DNA of 58,819 nucleotides from a bacterium (GTDB lineage Bacteria > Elusimicrobiota > JBDRMW01): the NCBI GenBank assembly GCA_043811735.1, contig JBDRMW010000129.1, positions 1 through 58,819 of the forward strand, read 5' to 3'. The position numbers and the translations under genes were made by a program. The notes beneath the pieces were generated by a model that saw only the letters and a program-made list of their open reading frames with translations, was not told the DNA's origin and ran no database searches. This document shows, one piece after another, positions 54,136 through 58,819 of the stretch (position 1 is its first letter; every line of letters begins with the position of its first letter).

Positions 54136-55353
54136 TCACACCTTTTCTTTAATTTTAGTTTGCACATCGCATACATCCCGCACACCCAGATAATTAACTT
54201 TATTCGAAGGCTTGCCTGCTTTAATGCCTTGCGCAAGCTCGATATAGACTTTTTCAATATCTTCAACAAAAATATCTCTGCCGCCTAAACCATATATGTA
54301 GTTTACGATGAGAGGACGCGATGATGAATCATACATTGCAGCCCGGACATCATTGTAGACCGGCCCGCCGACTGCATTTTTTGAATCTGACCGGTCTAAG
54401 ACCGCCACCGCTTTTGCACCCTTTAAGAGCTCAGCAAGCTCTGCTTCAGCAAAAGGCCGATACACCCGGATACGGAGCATCCCGGCTTTTATCCCTTTAG
54501 ATCGTAACCGGTCAATCGCCACACGCGCTGTTCCTGCAGTTGATCCCAAAACAACAATCACGGTTTCGGCATCTTCAAGTTTATACGCATCAAAAAAATC
54601 ATATGGCCTGCCGTATTTTTCTCCAAACTCTTTGCCGACCTCACGGACTATCGGTTTTGCCAGCCGCATACTTTCTGACTGAGATTTTAAATGCTCAAAA
54701 TAAAAATCAGTAAAATCAAGCGCCCCAACCGTAATCGGATGATCAGTATCTAATAAATTATAGGGACCTTTAAACGGACCTGCGAATTTTTGAACCTCTT
54801 CATCAGGCAGCATCAATATATCTTCCATTGCATGGCTTATAATAAAACCATCGGTTGAAACCATAGCAGGTACAAATGCTTTTTCAGCGATTTTTACGGC
54901 CTGGATAACGCTGTCATATGCTTCCTGGCAGTTTTCTGCGTAAATCTGAATCCAGCCTGCATCGCGGGATCCCATAGTATCAGAATGATCACAATGTATA
55001 TTAATAGGTGAAGACAATGCTCGGTTTACCATGGGCATTACAATCGGAAGCCGCAAACCCGCTGCAATATAAAGTATTTCATGCATAAGCGCAAGACCTT
55101 GAGATGAGGTTGCCGTCATTGCTCTGCTGCCTGCTGCTGAGGCACCAACCGTTGCACTCATCGCGCTATGTTCGCTTTCAACCGTGACAAACTCTGTTTT
55201 TACCAGCCCATCTGAAACAAATGATGAAAAAATCTGCGCGATCTCTGTTGCAGGTGTTATGGGATATGCTGCTACCACATCAGGATTTATCTGACGCATG
55301 GCTTCAGCCATGGCTTCATTTCCTGTTTTTGCAACTCTTTTTTGATCAACCAT
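54136..55353 (-). CDS. porA: Pyruvate (2-oxoacid):ferredoxin oxidoreductase, alpha subunit
   Basis: GNEAMAEA...AAYPITPATEI, TSSQGLALMHE. Start set at ATG 55353, 2 nt after the porD stop, instead of the track start 55410. Confidence 0.88.
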   Translation of the reverse strand: MVDQKRVAKTGNEAMAEAMRQINPDVVAAYPITPATEIAQIFSSFVSDGLVKTEFVTVESEHSAMSATVGASAAGSRAMTATSSQGLALMHEILYIAAGLRLPIVMPMVNRALSSPINIHCDHSDTMGSRDAGWIQIYAENCQEAYDSVIQAVKIAEKAFVPAMVSTDGFIISHAMEDILMLPDEEVQKFAGPFKGPYNLLDTDHPITVGALDFTDFYFEHLKSQSESMRLAKPIVREVGKEFGEKYGRPYDFFDAYKLEDAETVIVVLGSTAGTARVAIDRLRSKGIKAGMLRIRVYRPFAEAELAELLKGAKAVAVLDRSDSKNAVGGPVYNDVRAAMYDSSSRPLIVNYIYGLGGRDIFVEDIEKVYIELAQGIKAGKPSNKVNYLGVRDVCDVQTKIKEKV

Positions 55354-55355
55354 AG

Positions 55356-55661
55356 TTATTTCCCTTCGGCTTCCATGATAATTGCTTTTTTTCCTTTTTT
55401 GCCGGGACATTCATGTTCACAGATGCCGCAGCCTTTACATACATCATAATTAAATGCAATAAATTTGCCGTCTTTTACCTGTATAGCTGAATCCGGACAT
55501 GCCATCCAGCAGAAAAGACAATGGATGCAGTTTTCTTCAATCCATACTGGTTTTTCACTCCTCCAGCCGCCGGTATGATACTCTGCTGCACTCCCCGGAT
55601 CAGGTAAAATACCGCCTATCGGAAGCTCCTGCCAGCATGTTTTGTTTGTTATTTTAGCCAC
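55356..55661 (-). CDS. porD: Pyruvate:ferredoxin oxidoreductase, delta subunit (2x[4Fe-4S] ferredoxin)
   Basis: CIHCLFCWMACPD and CKGCGICEHECP clusters. GTG start at 55661 is preceded by GGAGGAAG (7-nt spacing); the track ATG at 55688 lies deep inside porG. Confidence 0.82.
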   Translation of the reverse strand: MAKITNKTCWQELPIGGILPDPGSAAEYHTGGWRSEKPVWIEENCIHCLFCWMACPDSAIQVKDGKFIAFNYDVCKGCGICEHECPGKKGKKAIIMEAEGK

Positions 55662-56250
55662 GTTGCACTTCCTCCATTGCTTTTTCAATTGCTTTAATAT
55701 TACCTTCTATTACTTCTGGTTTTGATGCAAACTTTTTCTCAAGTTTTGAATGCGTATCTTTAATAAATATAGTTTTATCAAGGAGCCCGGTAACCTGCAT
55801 TAAAGCTCCCAGCATAGGGGTATTAGGTATGTTTTTACCGATTGTTTCTATTGCTATTTTAGAAGCATTAACAACATAGACTTTTCTGCCGGAAAGTTTT
55901 AACTTTTCACGAATTTCTGAGGCTGTTAAGCTGGTGTTAATAAGAATTACACCATCGCTGGTAAGCCCATGGGTTACATCTATCACATCAATCAGGGTTG
56001 CATCAAGAACAACCACAATGTCAGGCGAAGTTATCCCGCAGTGCAGGGTGATTGGATGGTCACTGATCCGGTTATATGACTGAACCGGTGCACCCATACG
56101 CTCAGGTCCGTACTCTGGGAATGCCTGAATATGCTTCCCGGCTCCTAAAACCGCATCTGCCAGAAGCAATGCAGCTGTTTTAGCTCCCTGACCGCCTCTG
56201 CCATGCCACCGTATTTCTAATATTTTATCTTTTGTTTCTAAAGATCCCAC
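55654..56250 (-). CDS. porG: Pyruvate:ferredoxin oxidoreductase, gamma subunit
   Basis: EIRWHGRGGQGAKTAA motif. GTG start at 56250 has GGAGG 8 nt upstream; the track start at 56265 is a TTG inside that SD. Confidence 0.85.
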   Translation of the reverse strand: MGSLETKDKILEIRWHGRGGQGAKTAALLLADAVLGAGKHIQAFPEYGPERMGAPVQSYNRISDHPITLHCGITSPDIVVVLDATLIDVIDVTHGLTSDGVILINTSLTASEIREKLKLSGRKVYVVNASKIAIETIGKNIPNTPMLGALMQVTGLLDKTIFIKDTHSKLEKKFASKPEVIEGNIKAIEKAMEEVQRG

Positions 56251-56279
56251 AAGGTTTACCTCCAAAAAAATTAGAATGT

Positions 56280-56308
56280 ATTATATTAATTAATGATACG
56301 AATGTAAA
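56280..56308 (-). promoter_or_regulatory. Sigma70-type promoter of porGDAB
   Basis: Minus strand TTTACA (56308-56303), 17-nt spacer, TATAAT (56285-56280). Confidence 0.45.
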
Positions 56309-56435
56309 TCCCCACGCCAAATTTTGTATACAATCTTTGTAATGCTTATTTTTACGATTTCCTGCGCAGGCATCATATTTTAAACTTTCAGTAAAATAAG
56401 AATTTAGTGCATGTGAATGGAAAGTATCAAACTAC

Positions 56436-57035
56436 TTATATTTCCCTGCGGCCTTCTAAGGCTTTAAGCAATGTTCCTTGATCAGCATATTCGAGCTCAC
56501 CGCCGTAGGGAAGCCCCTGTGCAATACGTGTAACCTTAATGTGTAACGGTTTAATAAATTTGGATAAATAAACCGCGGTTGCTTCACCTTCAACATCGGT
56601 ATTAGTAGCTATGATAACCTCGGTAATGGTATTATTTTTAAGTCTTTTCACCAGTTCATCTATCTTTAAATCATCCGGGCCAACACCGTCAAGCGGCGAG
56701 AGGGAGCCCTGCAGAATATGGTATAATCCTTTATAACCGCCTGATTTCTCAACCGCTGAGAGATCCTGCGGATGCTCTACCACACATACCTGATGAGTAT
56801 TTCTGGTTATATCACTGCAAATTCTGCATGGATTTTCTTCAGTTAAATTAAAACAGGTCCTGCAGGTATGAATTTTTGAACGAACATCCGCAATAGCAGT
56901 GTATAAACCTTCCGCATCTTCTTTGTTCATCCGGAAGAGATGAAACGCAATCCGTTCTGCCATTTTAGGTCCTACTCCGGGCAGCCTGTGGAGATGATGC
57001 ACTAATGTATCTATTACTTTATTTCTATCGGCCAT
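56436..57035 (-). CDS. recR: Recombination protein RecR
   Basis: LPGVGPKMAERIAFHL helix-hairpin-helix, C4 zinc finger CRTCFNLTEENPCRIC, Toprim EVIIATNTDVEGEATA. Start at ATG 57035, 4 nt after the dnaX stop. Confidence 0.92.
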   Translation of the reverse strand: MADRNKVIDTLVHHLHRLPGVGPKMAERIAFHLFRMNKEDAEGLYTAIADVRSKIHTCRTCFNLTEENPCRICSDITRNTHQVCVVEHPQDLSAVEKSGGYKGLYHILQGSLSPLDGVGPDDLKIDELVKRLKNNTITEVIIATNTDVEGEATAVYLSKFIKPLHIKVTRIAQGLPYGGELEYADQGTLLKALEGRREI

Positions 57036-57039
57036 GGGA

Positions 57040-58674
57040 TTAAAACAAAACCTTCCCGGGAAAAACCTCCAGCACTTTTTGTACCCCCGGGTCATCTTCC
57101 GGATGATGGACTACCTCAACCTGTTCCTCAACAACAGGTTTAATTGAGGATATGACCGGTGATTCTGGTTCTTCCGATTCAACCATCTCCATCGTCTCCT
57201 TAACCGAATGCGTTTCCAATTCAAAATCAATTGAAACAGTTTTATTACATATTTTTTGCACCAGTTTTTTAAGATATTCTATATTCCTTTTTACAAAATC
57301 GCACGTATATTGCTGAGCAAATGTCAGCTTCCACTGATTCTGCGTAATCCTGGTGAATGAAGATTCTTTTAAACAGGCCGCCAATGATGGTTTAGATTTT
57401 TCTACTTCATGCACAACCGACTGCCAGCACGATGTTTCTGATTCAGGAACAGCTGAATCGGAAGCAAGAACTGTGTCTTCTTGTTGAGGGTTAGTATTTT
57501 GTTTAGTGGTTTTCACTGGTATCGGGATTGAAGAAACCGATTTAACCGGCAGTGCCGGGGATGCCTCAATCTTATCAGCAAGTTCTTTCAGATCAACATA
57601 GGGTTCAACTAAGCGGGCAGTATACATCTCAAGCAATAACCGCGGCTGCTCACTCCAGCGCATTTCATCTAAACAGCGCGAGAGAAGCCGCATATCCCGG
57701 ATAATTTCCGGGATGCCGAAACGCTTTGAGACTGCCCGCAGGAAAGCAATGCTTTCCTGAGATTCATCTTTGGGCTCGTTTCCGCTGGCAACAATAAGCA
57801 TTTTGCGGAAATACTCCCGTAAATCCGATGCTAACTGGTACAAATCGTACCCGCCTTCAGCAACAATCGATACCTGTTCCAATGCAGATTGAATATTGCG
57901 GTCTACCACGGTAGCAATAAAATCATTCAATAGTTCGCTCGGTAAATATCCTAAGACATACTGGACATCGGATAACCCAATCTCCCCGCTGGCGAATGAA
58001 GCAACCTGATCCATTAAGCTTAATCCATCGCGCAATGATCCCCCTGCAGCTTTTACGACCAGCTTAAGTGCTTCATCGGCAATCTTAAATCCCTCTTTCT
58101 GAGCAAGCCTACCTATATACCGCAGGATCTCATCAAAAGGGATAAGCCTGAAACGGTATCGTTGACAGCGGGACAATATAGTTAATGGTATTTTTTGGGG
58201 TTCAGTTGTCGCCAGAATAAAGACCACATGAGACGGCGGTTCTTCTAAGGTCTTAAGCAGCGCATTAAACGCATCATGACTGATTTGGTGTGCTTCATCG
58301 ATTATATAAATTTTATGCGTTGATGTTGCCGGTGTAAATTTAACATTCTCACGCAATGACCTGATATCATCTATCCCGCGGTTAGACGCTGCATCGATCT
58401 CAATAACATCCAAAGATCTTCCTTCGGTTATTTCAATACAATTCTGGCATTCACCGCATGGCTCAGGTATAGGCCCGTTTTTACAATTTAACGCTTTAGC
58501 AAAAATGCGCGCACTGGTTGTTTTTCCGACGCCGCGGGGCCCTGAAAAAAGATATGCATGTGCTGTTTTTTTCAAGGAAATAGCATTTTTTAATGTTTTA
58601 GCAACCGGTTCCTGGCCGACTAAATCACTAAATTTCTGCGGGCGGTATTTTCGGGCAAGTACAAGATATGACAC
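57040..58674 (-). CDS. dnaX: DNA polymerase III subunit gamma/tau
   Basis: LARKYRPQKFSDLVGQE, Walker A GPRGVGKTT, zinc module CGECQNC, DEAH box IIDEAH, SRCQRY. GTG start. Confidence 0.92.
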   Translation of the reverse strand: MSYLVLARKYRPQKFSDLVGQEPVAKTLKNAISLKKTAHAYLFSGPRGVGKTTSARIFAKALNCKNGPIPEPCGECQNCIEITEGRSLDVIEIDAASNRGIDDIRSLRENVKFTPATSTHKIYIIDEAHQISHDAFNALLKTLEEPPSHVVFILATTEPQKIPLTILSRCQRYRFRLIPFDEILRYIGRLAQKEGFKIADEALKLVVKAAGGSLRDGLSLMDQVASFASGEIGLSDVQYVLGYLPSELLNDFIATVVDRNIQSALEQVSIVAEGGYDLYQLASDLREYFRKMLIVASGNEPKDESQESIAFLRAVSKRFGIPEIIRDMRLLSRCLDEMRWSEQPRLLLEMYTARLVEPYVDLKELADKIEASPALPVKSVSSIPIPVKTTKQNTNPQQEDTVLASDSAVPESETSCWQSVVHEVEKSKPSLAACLKESSFTRITQNQWKLTFAQQYTCDFVKRNIEYLKKLVQKICNKTVSIDFELETHSVKETMEMVESEEPESPVISSIKPVVEEQVEVVHHPEDDPGVQKVLEVFPGKVLF

Positions 58675-58736
58675 AATAACCTCGTAAGTTTTTTAAGAAT
58701 ATAATGAAAGATATATTTTACAATGAAATAAAACAT

Positions 58737-58765
58737 ATTGCAAATTTATAATCAATGCGGGTCAA
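58737..58765 (-). promoter_or_regulatory. Candidate dnaX promoter
   Basis: Minus strand TTGACC (58765-58760), 17-nt spacer, TGCAAT (58742-58737). Lies 3 nt downstream of the G15 tract. Confidence 0.3.
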
Positions 58766-58768
58766 GAT

Positions 58769-58783
58769 CCCCCCCCCCCCCCC
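58769..58783. repeat. C15 homopolymer (G15 on the dnaX strand), 36 nt from the window end
   Basis: Direct count: gatc + 15 C + taataaa. Confidence 0.9.
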
Positions 58784-58819
58784 TAATAAATTTAATAACT
58801 TACCTGTACTAATCCTGCA

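Noticed and set aside
56324-56370. Two perfect 10-bp palindromes upstream of the por promoter: TTGTATACAA (56324-56333) and CCTGCGCAGG (56361-56370).
   Set aside because: They are too short to tell from chance. They match neither Rex nor CRP/FNR consensus spacing, and CCTGCGCAGG cannot form a hairpin because it has no loop. Worth testing only if a genome-wide motif search finds them recurring.
57036-57039. Absence of ybaB (nucleoid-associated protein) between dnaX and recR, where it usually sits.
   Set aside because: The genes are only 4 nt apart, so nothing is hidden here. ybaB may simply be elsewhere in the genome. This is a synteny curiosity, not a feature.
58540-58590. A AAA AAA-type slippery run in dnaX as a possible programmed frameshift site producing the gamma subunit.
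   Set aside because: The run lies at about codon 33 (SLKKTAH), inside the ATPase N-terminus. The known tau/gamma frameshift site lies after domain III. No downstream stimulatory hairpin was seen.
1-58819. Looked for CRISPR arrays, transposases, integrases, phage genes, toxin-antitoxin pairs and known defence-system signatures.
   Set aside because: No regularly spaced direct repeats and no ORF with transposase, integrase, Cas or toxin-like motifs were seen. The window reads as core chromosome. This is a visual search only, so short or degenerate repeats could be missed.

Overview
Visibly AT-rich bacterial chromosomal segment, possibly a whole contig. The gene content suggests a diderm, anaerobe-type organism: TamAB, LapA, DUF1207, four-subunit PFOR, Rex and several radical-SAM genes. 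About 50 tightly packed genes, nearly all on the minus strand.

Left to right:
1. A plus-strand operon GT2 - ArsS::ArsM fusion - DUF2064 (an arsenosugar-type organoarsenical module). It is convergent with a TVP38 - DUF547 (in-frame TAA) - FAD disulfide-reductase operon.
2. A central-metabolism block: NMO-family flavoenzyme, rex-serC-serA behind a promoter carrying two Rex boxes, gpmA, a GIY-YIG protein and GTP-PEPCK.
3. trkH-trkA plus a translationally abutting PAS-like membrane protein, a stand-alone cNMP-binding protein, an MscS-like channel and an MFS transporter.
4. Envelope genes: tamA-tamB, cls, an ArsB/NhaD-type permease, DUF1207 and LapA.
5. A 14.3-kb operon glgE - treS/pep2 - glgB - treZ - GH57 - treY (alpha-glucan/trehalose).
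6. A histidine kinase - two receiver proteins - PTS enzyme I cluster.
7. corA, a B12-radical-SAM gene coupled to a small membrane protein, tRNA-Asn, a pseudopilin-domain membrane protein, porGDAB, recR and dnaX.

I saw no CRISPR array, transposase, integrase, prophage or recognisable defence/toxin genes.

Most worth a second look:
- the ArsS::ArsM fusion flanked by two uncharacterised transferases;
- two genes with in-frame stop codons (TAA in DUF547; TGA followed by 77 open codons after the MscS-like gene);
- two large nested inverted-repeat elements in intergenic regions;
- unusual gene fusions and couplings (TrkH with an extra four-helix N-terminal module, a PAS membrane protein coupled to trkA, enzyme I inside a two-component operon, a GspG-like domain on a polytopic anchor);
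- two long G/C homopolymer tracts at regulatory positions.

All calls rest on reading the translations and sequence by eye. No database search was possible.
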